Source: Candidatus Latescibacterota bacterium (GTDB taxonomy: Bacteria > Latescibacterota > UBA2968). From it: a stretch of DNA of 64,000 bases. Positions 10,389-19,925 of the stretch are shown here, piece by piece. A model generated the notes under the pieces. It had not been told where the DNA came from. It ran no database searches and worked only from the letters and a program-made list of their open reading frames with translations. Position 1 is the stretch's first letter; every line of letters starts with the position of its first letter. The DNA is taken from positions 6,048,001 through 6,112,000 of the forward strand of contig OZ244960.1 in NCBI GenBank assembly GCA_965222605.1, in the 5' to 3' direction. Made by a program: the position numbers and the translations under genes.

Positions 10389-11607
10389 GGCTTTGTTGCA
10401 TAGAAAAGGGTAAGGTAGGGACTTTGGTTTCAAAGGTCATAAATTACCTGCTCGCGCTGTTGTCTATGCAGGCGGGCGTGAGCCTGTCAACTTTAACCGT
10501 ATCGAGTGTGACCCAAGAGCCAAACACATTAAGTATCAAACACCCAATTTGCGCCTCCACTTTCTGTCGTTTTAACGTGCGTGCTGCCAAGGTGCTCCCG
10601 ATAACCCGTTTATAGCGTGCCATGGCGGTTTCTGAAATGGATCGCCTGTGATACCTGCTTTGTTCTTTCCACTTTTTGCGTCCGATGCGTTTTATGGCGC
10701 GGATGGCTTCATCGCGGGGTAAGGGGGGCACGTTCTCATTTTCTTCTTCCTTGATCTTGGCATTGTGCTGCGGTGGGATGATGGGTTCAATCGCCTCTTT
10801 TTGATTCGGGGGGTCTTGCAAGGTCTCATAGACACCCCATTTGTCATAGGCACCATCGGCTGCAAGGGATGTGATCTTTCGCGGTATCTCTTTGATTAAA
10901 GGCGCGACCTGGTGGGCATCCGTCTCGCTGTTTTTCGTCACCTTCGCCGATAGGATTTCCCCTGTTTCTTCATCAACGGCGAGATGTAACTTTCGCCATG
11001 TGCGATGCTTGCTGTATCCGTGTTGGCGCACTTTCCACTGTCCTTCACCAAAGACCTTTAAGCCTGTACTATCCACGACCACATAAACCGGCGCATCACG
11101 CTTTCGCGTAGGCAGAGTAACCTTCAGGGTTTTATTGCGCCGGCAAAAGGTCGAATAATCAGGCACCGGTAAAGACACCCCAAGGATGGAGACTAACGAC
11201 GCGACAAAACCTTCGGTTTGACGAAGGGGCAACCCAAACAGGTTGCGAAACACCAACCCGGTTTGGATGGCTAAATCCGAATAGACATATTGTCCTCCGC
11301 GTTTTTGGGGGCCTTCGTAGTGCCAGGCTTTGATGACTTTTTCATCAAACCAGAACGTAAGACTGCCCCGTTGTTTGAGCGATTGGTTGTATTCGGACCA
11401 GTTACGGACGCGATAGACCGGCTTTGAGGGCTGTTTTGGACCTGTTTTTGGCTTGCTTTTTTTTGGCTTGCTTTTTACCGAGCCACAATCTACTTTGGAC
11501 ATGACAGGCTCCTGAGGGGTTGGATATCTTTTTTGATACTTCCAGTGTGAATCCAATTTACTTAGGAGCCTTGTTTTTTACAATCATTTCTTTCGTGCAA
11601 CAAAGCC
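10389..11607 (-). mobile_element. IS5 family (IS903-like) insertion sequence
   Basis: TIR GGCTTTGTTGCA at both ends, 9 bp TSD CCAGCAAAG (10380-10388, 11608-11616). Confidence 0.95.
10444..11556 (-). CDS. IS5 family transposase
   Basis: YRVRNWSEYNQSLKQRGSLTFW, VDSTGLKVFGEG, WRKLHLAVD, ADGAYD, YHRRSISET; true start may be 11502. Confidence 0.95.
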   Translation of the reverse strand: MDSHWKYQKRYPTPQEPVMSKVDCGSVKSKPKKSKPKTGPKQPSKPVYRVRNWSEYNQSLKQRGSLTFWFDEKVIKAWHYEGPQKRGGQYVYSDLAIQTGLVFRNLFGLPLRQTEGFVASLVSILGVSLPVPDYSTFCRRNKTLKVTLPTRKRDAPVYVVVDSTGLKVFGEGQWKVRQHGYSKHRTWRKLHLAVDEETGEILSAKVTKNSETDAHQVAPLIKEIPRKITSLAADGAYDKWGVYETLQDPPNQKEAIEPIIPPQHNAKIKEEENENVPPLPRDEAIRAIKRIGRKKWKEQSRYHRRSISETAMARYKRVIGSTLAARTLKRQKVEAQIGCLILNVFGSWVTLDTVKVDRLTPACIDNSASR

Positions 11608-12387
11608 CCAGCAAAGTCAGAATGCCACTGGTGACGCCTTCCCCCAAAGGATCAAATACTGCGGAAGTTTGGAGAACAGAAGAAAAAGGATCAGATGTCA
11701 ACCTTGCTGTTCACCTATTAAACGATGCTCATAACAAGGATTATGAGGTTGCTATTGTGGTATCAAACGACTCCGACTTGGGGGAGGCTATCCGCATTGT
11801 GACTCAAGATATAAACTTGAAAGTAGGTGTTGTATTCCCTGCGGGTGCGATTGATCCGCGTACTGGCACTCGATATAAACTCCGAAAATCACAAACGCTT
11901 CTAAAATATGCCTCGTTTATACGTCAAATTAGACCTGGTGTTCTCTCACTTAGTCAACTGCCTAATACATTGACTGATGCGAGTGGCACTTTTCACAAAC
12001 CACCAGAATGGCAATAAAGAAGTCCAATACAATGACAAGAGCATTATGACGTAATGATATGGCGCATCAAGATGTTGTGTTACCGCGGCCAACTGCATCC
12101 ACAATCCCTTGTGGTTGTGGTGCTCGACCAGGCATAAAAAAAAGCCCGTTGATCAAATGAGATTGACGGACTTTTTCTTTTCTTCCAGACCTTGACAGAT
12201 GGGACAACTGGCGCGTATTTTTACAGGAAAGGACAGGGCATTATTGGGGGCGGATCCAGAGAAAGGAGAGCGTCATGATTGAGCAAGGCCAATGTGAGAG
12301 GTGCGCGGCTCTGGAACGCGAGGTTGAGGCATTCAAAACTGAGAGGACAACTTACGGAACACTTACACTTTCGAGGGAGACTTTACA

Positions 12388-12795
12388 ATGGCCGAGACAA
12401 ACGGGGATGTAAAGGAATGCCCACGTTGCCACATCTTGGAAAATAAACTGTGGGAATGTAGCGAGGCTTTGAGAGTTGAACGGATCGACCGAGGGAAGCG
12501 GGACGCCTTTGGAGATTATGACGAACTGCTCAATAAAGGGCACGGCGCACCAAAGGGCAACCAGAATGCCAGAGGCAAAGGCGCACCAGCGCGGAATATC
12601 AACGCAGTTAAGCACGGCATTTATCTGAGATGGGAAAGGGGCGAAGGGCCGGAAGATCGGTTGCCACCAGGGGCGGGCGCCGAGGTGTTAGACTTACTGA
12701 TCGAGGCAAAGAAATTGCAGGATTTTTGGGCGCGGGCGTCATTGCTGGTCGCACAGGTCGGCGTGAGGATGGCCCAACGTCCTTACTGGAAATAG
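12388..12795 (+). CDS. Phage-like hypothetical protein with terminase-small-subunit-like GAPxGNxNA motifs
   Basis: GAPKGNQNARGKGAPARNINAVKHGIY; N-terminal CPRC. Confidence 0.55.
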   Translation: MAETNGDVKECPRCHILENKLWECSEALRVERIDRGKRDAFGDYDELLNKGHGAPKGNQNARGKGAPARNINAVKHGIYLRWERGEGPEDRLPPGAGAEVLDLLIEAKKLQDFWARASLLVAQVGVRMAQRPYWK

Positions 12796-12933
12796 CCGTC
12801 TGACTGACGGGCTTTCTTTTGTACTCGAGGTTTTTTACAGCATTCTTCCATCGCCTACCCCGCGCCGATGGCTTACGAAAAGCTGTATCAATCACAGGCT
12901 TGAAACCCAAGCCCTAAATACTCCACCAAAGCG

Positions 12934-13061
12934 ATGCTGTTGCCGAATTGGTGGAGAGGGAGCCTGCGGTTGGAAAAACGGCTATTTGTGACCTGAATTT
13001 AGGCTCTGTAACCCCTATGTTTAGTTGCTCTGGGACAGAATTCGGAATTCGGCAACAGCAG
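12934..13061. mobile_element. MITE (128 bp)
   Basis: Perfect 15 bp IR TGCTGTTGCCGAATT (12935-12949 / 13046-13060), 8 bp duplication CCAAAGCG (12926, 13062). Confidence 0.75.
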
Positions 13062-13600
13062 CCAAAGCGGGGCAACTCCATTTCTAACCGAAGAAAGGAG
13101 GTGAATTAAAGATGCTGGAAGAAATGGAACGAACCCCTACTGGGACTCGCGTCGTATTTGTAGAAAAAGAACCAAATAGACCTGTGGGCGTAAGATGTGA
13201 AATTTTCATACCCTTTCCCCACAAAGAGATGTGTCTCTATTCCTTTTCTGAAGTCTATTTGCCAGCAATAAACCTATGAAATTTTACCATATCATCAAAA
13301 TCATCGAATTTCTGCTTTCGTTAAAGTATAGATGGAAAAGTACATTATTGGGCTTTTGTGTGGGGTTTGTGGACGGCTTTTTGAGAAGTCGGAAAAGAAA
13401 GTAAGCTATGAAACGATATGACCAGAGAGTATAAAATTTCTGTTTGCTCATGAATTGTTGCGGGTTATGGAAGGTGATAAAGCGCAATTCCGTTTTCGAG
13501 AAACAGGGCGACAGACGTTACACTTTGATTTGCACGGTGGCGCACCGTTTGTGCGTGCCGTTTTGGACAAGTGTGACGCACTGCCCGAGAAAGAAGAAGA

Positions 13601-14086
13601 ATGATCGAGTTTATCGGTATTTTGATCATTATCTGTTGTATTAGTTATTTTATTTACAAAGAGGTGTCTATAAATTCAGAAGAGGCTATGAGTTCGGAAG
13701 ATTGGACACCGCTTACAAATATTAGAGGTGTGGATAAGTATAGTCGGAGACCAAAGCGCATCAGATTCCCTGATGGTCACACTATATGGATTTCTTATTG
13801 GATAGACGTGCTAAGAGCAACCGCGATATGGCTTGTAGATAATGGGAGGCTGACCCCTGAAAACGCTCGGCTACGACATCCAAACGTTCGAGACCTTTAT
13901 GTGTCTTTCAGCAGAGAGCAACAACATCCGTCAGGCAGACAGTTCAAAAATCCCGAAGAAATTGATGTTGGCGTGTACATTGAAAATAATTGGACTGCTC
14001 AAGACTCGATAGATGGGGCAAAGGGACTTCTTGAACACTGCGAAGAGGATACGAGCACGATCCAAGTCAGCTTTGATAGGGAATGA
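13601..14086 (+). CDS. Hypothetical membrane-anchored protein
   Basis: 161 aa ORF with hydrophobic N-terminus; no recognised family. Confidence 0.5.
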   Translation: MIEFIGILIIICCISYFIYKEVSINSEEAMSSEDWTPLTNIRGVDKYSRRPKRIRFPDGHTIWISYWIDVLRATAIWLVDNGRLTPENARLRHPNVRDLYVSFSREQQHPSGRQFKNPEEIDVGVYIENNWTAQDSIDGAKGLLEHCEEDTSTIQVSFDRE

Positions 14087-14382
14087 TCAAACAGGAGCAC
14101 GAGGTGAATACTCGGATAAAAACCCGTGACCAGGCAAAGAACTTGCCCGGATACATTCTCATAAACACATTGAAAGTTTAGAGTCTGGCTGAAAAAGTAA
14201 AATAGGAGAAGCTCCAATGGATCATCACGTTTCGGATACACAACGCCAGTAGCAGGATCGAGCCGCCCTTGAAATTTGACGTTCAACTGGTGGGAAGTCC
14301 ACAACGACTTTCAAAGCATGATATACTCTATCTCTTGCCTTGACTCTTGCCTTAAACACAAAATACCGTGTAAGGAGTTTAT

Positions 14383-14988
14383 ATGTTCAAGAATATATTG
14401 ATTTGTTTAATCTGTTGTTCGACGTATGTGGACGCCATAGGTGCAGATATTTTTGGACTCAAGAAGGGGATGACTATTGAGGAAATTCGCGCTTTGGGCT
14501 TTGGCACTATTTGGGAGGACGACAATCTTGATATTTTTGGGCTTGCTTCTTTTTATGTTCGAAGTCCCAAAATGCCAAAGGATGCCAAGTACATGACTTT
14601 TAAAATTTTGCCAAAGAATGGACTTCTGTGCGTCCATTTGGAATGGGAGATTGATAACGCAAGATTGAAGTATTGGGAAATACACAGCATTCTAAGAAGG
14701 AAGTACGGTAACGCGGGGTTCGGGCTGAAGAAGATACCGGGTCAACTACTGTTTGATCTCAATAGACAGGCACGCGCGGCGATCGATCCCGACTTAGAAC
14801 TTTGGAGAAAATCCGATTTTGATGCGGATAACAAATGGCAACTTGAAGAAATTCGCCTCTCCTTTAACAAAAGAATAAACCAATTAACACTTAAATACCG
14901 TTTTCAAGGCTATTGGCAGCATCGTAGTTCACAAAGCGAAAAAGGGGAAGCTGAAAGAACCAAAGAAGCAGAAGCATCACCGTTTTGA
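14383..14988 (+). CDS. Hypothetical secreted protein
   Basis: AAGGAG RBS, signal-like N-terminus, FGLKKGMTIEEI motif. Confidence 0.6.
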   Translation: MFKNILICLICCSTYVDAIGADIFGLKKGMTIEEIRALGFGTIWEDDNLDIFGLASFYVRSPKMPKDAKYMTFKILPKNGLLCVHLEWEIDNARLKYWEIHSILRRKYGNAGFGLKKIPGQLLFDLNRQARAAIDPDLELWRKSDFDADNKWQLEEIRLSFNKRINQLTLKYRFQGYWQHRSSQSEKGEAERTKEAEASPF

Positions 14989-15133
14989 TTATTGGCTAAC
15001 ATTGTATATAATTCCCATACTTTTTTCATCACGGGCTCCTTTGGTTGAGGACACAGCGTTTTCACGGTTTGAATCTGCTGTATCCAATTTACATTGGAGC
15101 CTCTACTATTTCAACTAAGATAGGCACAATACC

Positions 15134-16250
15134 ATTGACAGGGCAGGCTGTGATACCGATTGCTAAGCCCGATGGTTCTCCGTGGCCTTATCGCGTGTTT
15201 GATCCGTGTATTTGGAAGAAGGGCGATTATTATTATTCGCTTTCGGGTGGTACTTTGCCTGGGCCGGGCAAAAAGTTTAAGCGAGCCAACTTTTTGTTGC
15301 GTTCACCTGATCTCGTGAATTGGGAATTTATGCATCCGTTTGTTGAAGACGATTTGTTTACGCTGATGGGCGATGATGGGGCTTGTCCCTATTTTTGGCC
15401 GATTGGGGATCGCCATATGTTGCTCTTTTTCAGTCATATGAGTGGTGGACAGTATTTGCTGGGTGATTACGATGAAGAACGCGATAAATTTGTGGTTACT
15501 GCGCATGATAAGTTTAATTTTGGGCCATCTGTTCCGTCTGGCGTCCACGCGCCGTCGGCAACCCCCGATGGCGAAGGTAATATCATTGTGATTTTCAATA
15601 TGAACCCGGGTAAGCCGACGGATCGCTGGAATCAAATTATGACCTTGCCGCGCAAATTGACTTTGATCGGTGAGGAAGACGTGCGTGTCGAACCCGCTGG
15701 TGATGTCGAATCGCTACGGGGTGACCATGTTCATGTAGATGGCATGACTTTACCTGCCAATGAGGAGATCGTGCTTGAGGGTGTTCGTGGCAATGCGATT
15801 GAAATCGTGGCTGAGATTGATGCTAAAAACGCGTCGATGTTTGAGATGGATGTGTTGCGCTCGCCCAATAAAGAAGAAGTGACGCGTATTATGTTTTACA
15901 AGGAACGAGGTCTGCGCAAAAGGTCGTTGCCTCCGGGTCATCGAAAAGGGGTGAAGACAAACTTCCACAGCGTGCTTACGATTGATTCCTCTCTTTCTTC
16001 GAGCTTACCTGATGTGAGGATGCGTGCACCAGAAACTGGATCTTTTGTGCTCGATGAGGACGAAAAATCGCAGTTGCGTGTGTTTGTGGATAAGAGCGTG
16101 GTTGAAGTTTTTGTCAATGGCAAGCAGTATGTAGCTGTGCGCGTTTATCCTGGCCGAGAAGACAGTGTGGGTGTCTCGCTACGCTCACAGGGGCAGGATA
16201 GTGAGTTGATTTCGTTGGATGCTTATCAGATGGAAAATATCTACGAATAG
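15134..16250 (+). pseudogene. GH32 glycoside hydrolase, 3' part
   Basis: FDP motif, LRSPDLVNW, ACPYFWP, MTLPRKL, C-terminal LRVFVDKSVVEVFVNG beta-sandwich. Confidence 0.88.
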
Positions 16251-16412
16251 GAACTCTATGAGTGTGCGACGTAAGCATGCTGATTTGCTGCTGTCATTGT
16301 GGAACACATTGAGTTGGCGCTTTGTGGCGTCGACCAACCTAAGCGAATCGAACGGCTTGAACCATTGCCACAGCCATAGCTTTTTTTAACCCTTAAACCA
16401 GTTGAGTTGATT

Positions 16413-17594
16413 ATGTCAAAACACTTAAATCTAGATGAGCGGCTGCGCGTCCCCTACTCCATCGGCACGGGCATTCCCAACGATGCAGAGATTGAGGGGT
16501 ATGTGCAATCGCTGCGAACCCAAGGTTTCTGCGTCATCGAGCGGGTGATTCCCAAAGATCAGGTCGACGCGGTGCGCGAGAGTGTGCACCGGGGTCGCGA
16601 GCTGTTGCAACAGGACCGCGAGGCGGAGCGCCGCAAGCGCATAGAGCTAGAGCGTCAGAGAGACCCCGATGCCGAGATCGACGACAGCCCTGAGCGCTTC
16701 GAAAGATGGCACCAGGACCCGGTGCGGCCACCGATGGCACCGCACGCCGAGCTGTGCGATATCGCGCGGTGCGAGACCCTCGCCGAGTACCTTGCGGAGC
16801 CTCGCGTACTGCGGGTTGCCAGAGCCATGCTCGATACGCACATCCGTATTTTGCAGACGGAGGTCAGCAAGTCGTCGCAACCGGCGAAGAAACCGCTATC
16901 CGAGCAGCAGCTTAAGCACCGCGGCTGGCATTCTGACTGGCCACACGATCTGAGCGCGTATGGGCCAAACAGCGAACATCCATGGAAGCACTGCGGCGCA
17001 GTCGCCCAGCCCTTCCCCGACGTCTGTATGGCACTATCCACGGTCTGGTACCTCGGTCCGGAAGACGTGACCCCGTTCAACGGCGGCACGTGGATCGTGC
17101 CGGGGTCGCACAAAGACCCGCGTAACCCGCGAGGTCCCGACGACGGCATCGACGCGCGCGCGCCAATTCCAGGAGAATTCCAGGTCTCTGCTCCGGCGGG
17201 CTCGGTTTTTATGCAGGACACAAGGAGCTGGCACTCGACCGGGCTTAACCAGAGCGAACACGAGCGCACGGCGGTGGTGTGCCGATATGCGCCATGGTGG
17301 CTGTCTGGGAATGAGTTTGGCAACTTGCACTCGGGCGGCCACACACTAAGGACCTACGTGCCGCGAGAGGTTTTCGCCAAGTTCTCCCCGGAGCTGAAGC
17401 TGCTGTATCGGCACATCGCCGAGAGCGAGGAGGATGTGCTACAGCCCGAGAACCAGCACAAGGCGTTGCGCGCCAGGTTTGACGACCAACCGGAACTGCG
17501 CCATCCGGACCGCATCGGCGATAACAGCCACATCGTCGCCGGGGACATGAGGGTTGAGGAATGGGAACGCAGCCGCGTCCAAAACGAGCATTGA
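16413..17594 (+). CDS. PhyH family dioxygenase
   Basis: GFCVIERVI, GWHSDWPHD, NGGTWIVPGSH, DTRSWHS. Confidence 0.85.
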   Translation: MSKHLNLDERLRVPYSIGTGIPNDAEIEGYVQSLRTQGFCVIERVIPKDQVDAVRESVHRGRELLQQDREAERRKRIELERQRDPDAEIDDSPERFERWHQDPVRPPMAPHAELCDIARCETLAEYLAEPRVLRVARAMLDTHIRILQTEVSKSSQPAKKPLSEQQLKHRGWHSDWPHDLSAYGPNSEHPWKHCGAVAQPFPDVCMALSTVWYLGPEDVTPFNGGTWIVPGSHKDPRNPRGPDDGIDARAPIPGEFQVSAPAGSVFMQDTRSWHSTGLNQSEHERTAVVCRYAPWWLSGNEFGNLHSGGHTLRTYVPREVFAKFSPELKLLYRHIAESEEDVLQPENQHKALRARFDDQPELRHPDRIGDNSHIVAGDMRVEEWERSRVQNEH

Positions 17595-17726
17595 GCTTTC
17601 TAAACGCAGAATAAATCCGTTTGGTGGCCTGTTGATACAGTGTTTGGAAGATGAGTCCAGGCGGTTTATTCTGTTTTGTCAGCTCGAAGATCATGCATTT
17701 GTCTGTTCTGCGTATAAGGAGGGAAG

Positions 17727-17855
17727 ATGGCAAACCAAAAGCCCAATGTGATTTTGATTTTTTGTGATGATTTGGGATATGGCGATTTAGGTTGTTTTGG
17801 TTCGGAAGTAAATGCAACGCCCAGGCTGGATCAGATGGCTGAGGGAGGGATGTAG
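17727..17855 (+). pseudogene. Arylsulfatase N-terminal stub
   Basis: RBS then [42 protein letters not shown]. Confidence 0.75.
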
Positions 17856-17858
17856 AGA

Positions 17859-18275
17859 ATGGGTGCGTTTTATATACCCGAAGATGCGGAGGAGCAGTTT
17901 GAAGAGCGCGGTTATTTTGTGGTTCGAAATCTGATTTCAGCCCGAGCCGTTGAGGCGGTGCGAAGCGAACTTGAACGGGTTATTAAAGAAAAACCTGAAG
18001 GGTTTAAACTAACCACTGATAGATCAGACAGCGCAGATTTGGAAGGTGATGAGGCCGTATGGGCTGTTGGGGATCGCGATCTGCACAGCCCGGTTCTTTG
18101 GGAGGAGTGGCTGACCGCAGAAAACGTGATTGCAATGAACCGACGCTTTCTGGGTGAAAATGTTCGCGTTCAGGGCACGCGTTTTTTTACCAAACAGGCC
18201 CGAATGGGTGAATCTGTGCCCTGGCATCAGGACATTTGGTTGTGGGAGCGCGATGCGTCACGTGGCATCAGACCG
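17859..18275 (+). pseudogene. Truncated PhyH paralog of 6992-7783
   Basis: Highly similar to 6992-7783 up to RDASRGIRP, then diverges; lacks the distal His. Confidence 0.8.
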
Positions 18276-18279
18276 CCGA

Positions 18280-18549
18280 GGGGGTGGGGTGGCTTATGGT
18301 CGTGATCACAACCCAACGGCGATGCCAATGTGGTTTGCAGGTGGGGGCGTGAATGCGGGACATGTGATTGGGGCAACCGATGAGATTGGCGAAAAAGCAG
18401 TCGATGTGGTGCATCCCATCCAGGACGTTCATGTGACGATTCTGAGACTTTTGGGGTTGGATGATAATAAGCTCACGTATTTTTACGCTGGACGATATAT
18501 GCAACTGTCGCAGACGGGTGGCAGCGTGATTGAAGAATTGATCGGGTGA
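18280..18549 (+). pseudogene. DUF1501-like protein C-terminal remnant
   Basis: GRDHNP...WFAGGG...GHVIGATDEIG...DVHVTILRLLGLD..KLTY pattern without a 5' part. Confidence 0.75.
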
Positions 18550-18625
18550 ATATACATGAAAAATCTACAGGGAAAAGCATTGACATGATTGTTTGATTTG
18601 GCATAATAGGTTGAGCTTAAGATCC

Positions 18626-18659
18626 AAAAAAGGCTGCGAAATAATTTCGCAGCCTTTTT
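18626..18659. terminator. Bidirectional intrinsic terminator
   Basis: AAAAAGGCTGCGAAAT-A-ATTTCGCAGCCTTTTT between convergent genes. Confidence 0.8.
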
Positions 18660-18689
18660 AATTTTTTAAAACAGTATGTTATGCTTTGA

Positions 18690-18720
18690 GGTTCCGGTGG
18701 CGGGACTTGAATCTGCGACC
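18690..18720 (-). other. Degenerate tRNA 3'-end-like fragment
   Basis: Minus strand GGTCGCAGATTCAAGTCCCGCCACCGGAACC resembles a T-arm plus acceptor strand. Confidence 0.35.
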
Positions 18721-18725
18721 CTATT

Positions 18726-19565
18726 CTACCAACGCCTCTTCAGCGAATCGTGGACACTGACCTCCAGGTGGGGACCGAATCCCTCGACCTCCAACTGGAC
18801 CTTGAAGCCATCCTGAATCGGTGACAGGGCTTCGTGATGGGTGCCGGTTGCAACGACATCCCCTGGCTCAAGGGTGATAACCCTGGTGATTTCCTCCAGC
18901 AACTCGGGAATGTGGCGGGCCATTTCGCCTGTAGAAAAATCGTGTTTGAGGGTGTTGTTGACCCATAGCTTCACTGAAAGGTCATTTGGATTTGATACCT
19001 CATCGGCCGTCACCAAAGCTGGTCCCAGGGGAGCAAATGTGTGCCAGCTTTTTCCCAGGAAGAAGCCACCGGGCAATCCTCGAGCCGAAACATCTATGAA
19101 CTGTGTGTAACCAAAGACGTAGTCCAGCGCGTCGGCCTGTGAGAGGTGGCTGGCTCTCTTGCCGATTACCAGAGCCAATTCTGGCTCAAAATGGAAAACA
19201 CTCGCTTCGGCGGCCGGGAGTTCAACCATACTGCCAGTAGGCATCACGCTGGTGTTGGCCTTGAGAAATCCATTGAACAGACCTCGCTCCGGCTGCCCCG
19301 GCTCGATATAATTACCGGCCGTACACATGAGCTGGCCGGGCCGGGGCAGGGGCGATTGCAAAGTCACCATATCGAGGGCGACACCATTTCCACCTTCTAT
19401 GGCACTCTCGATCCTGGACTGCATGGCATCCCAATTGTTAATAATCATCTGCATCATTTCTTGAGCGTTGTGATGGCCCAGGTCTGCGACTGAATCACCA
19501 ACTGGAACAACCGTATCGCCCTGCAAAACACCCAGTTGGAAATCATTATAGAGTACGAGTTTCAT
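18726..19565 (-). CDS. Fumarylacetoacetate hydrolase family protein
   Basis: FEPELALVIGK, DVSAR, GKSWHTFAPLGP, LEPGDVVATGT. Confidence 0.9.
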   Translation of the reverse strand: MKLVLYNDFQLGVLQGDTVVPVGDSVADLGHHNAQEMMQMIINNWDAMQSRIESAIEGGNGVALDMVTLQSPLPRPGQLMCTAGNYIEPGQPERGLFNGFLKANTSVMPTGSMVELPAAEASVFHFEPELALVIGKRASHLSQADALDYVFGYTQFIDVSARGLPGGFFLGKSWHTFAPLGPALVTADEVSNPNDLSVKLWVNNTLKHDFSTGEMARHIPELLEEITRVITLEPGDVVATGTHHEALSPIQDGFKVQLEVEGFGPHLEVSVHDSLKRRW

Positions 19566-19843
19566 GAGAATCTCCTTCAAAAGAATGATATTAATCCGAA
19601 TTTAGAGGTCGGATGGGCTATGCCTGACTGATCACCAATGCATTTACAGAGTGCGGAGAGAGCGATATCTTAAAGTTGGATGATGTCAGTTGCATTCGAG
19701 TCCAGTAAGCAGAGCCAATATAAGACATTTTCCCGGGTATTGAAAATCTGAATTTTCATAAAAAAGAGGATGGCTTGCGATTTCTTTCACAGGTACTATA
19801 TTGAGAGGTCATTATTTATATATACATGCTGATTTCCCTTATT

Positions 19844-19891
19844 AAAGAAACGATCGATTCATAGAGGTCTTGGCAAAGAAACGATCGTTTC
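19844..19891. promoter_or_regulatory. Tandem palindromic operator sites
   Basis: AAAGAAACGATCGATTC and AAAGAAACGATCGTTTC, 31 bp apart, upstream of the GMC gene. Confidence 0.55.
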
Positions 19892-19925
19892 CTTAATTCT
19901 GACTCATGAAAGGCTATATAGCGAT

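Larger units (their letters stand above)
10127..12017 (+). pseudogene. NYN-domain (LabA/DUF88-like PIN) ribonuclease interrupted by IS5
   Basis: VYIDGLNLYY in 5' part; EEKGSDVNLA and VSNDSDL in 3' part; excising the IS restores GHFLTSKVRMP in frame. Confidence 0.88.
8294..15133. mobile_element. 6.8 kb inserted element without its own transposase or integrase
   Basis: ATTGACAG(GG) direct repeat at 8286 and 15134; imperfect terminal IRs GGTCAAGTCCTATTTTTAGTTCA / GGTATTGTGCCTATCTTAGTTGA (14/23); removing it restores GH32 WEKLTGQAVIP. Confidence 0.85.

Noticed and set aside
12275-14988. Intact prophage
   Set aside because: Only one terminase-small-like motif; no integrase, capsid, portal or tail genes
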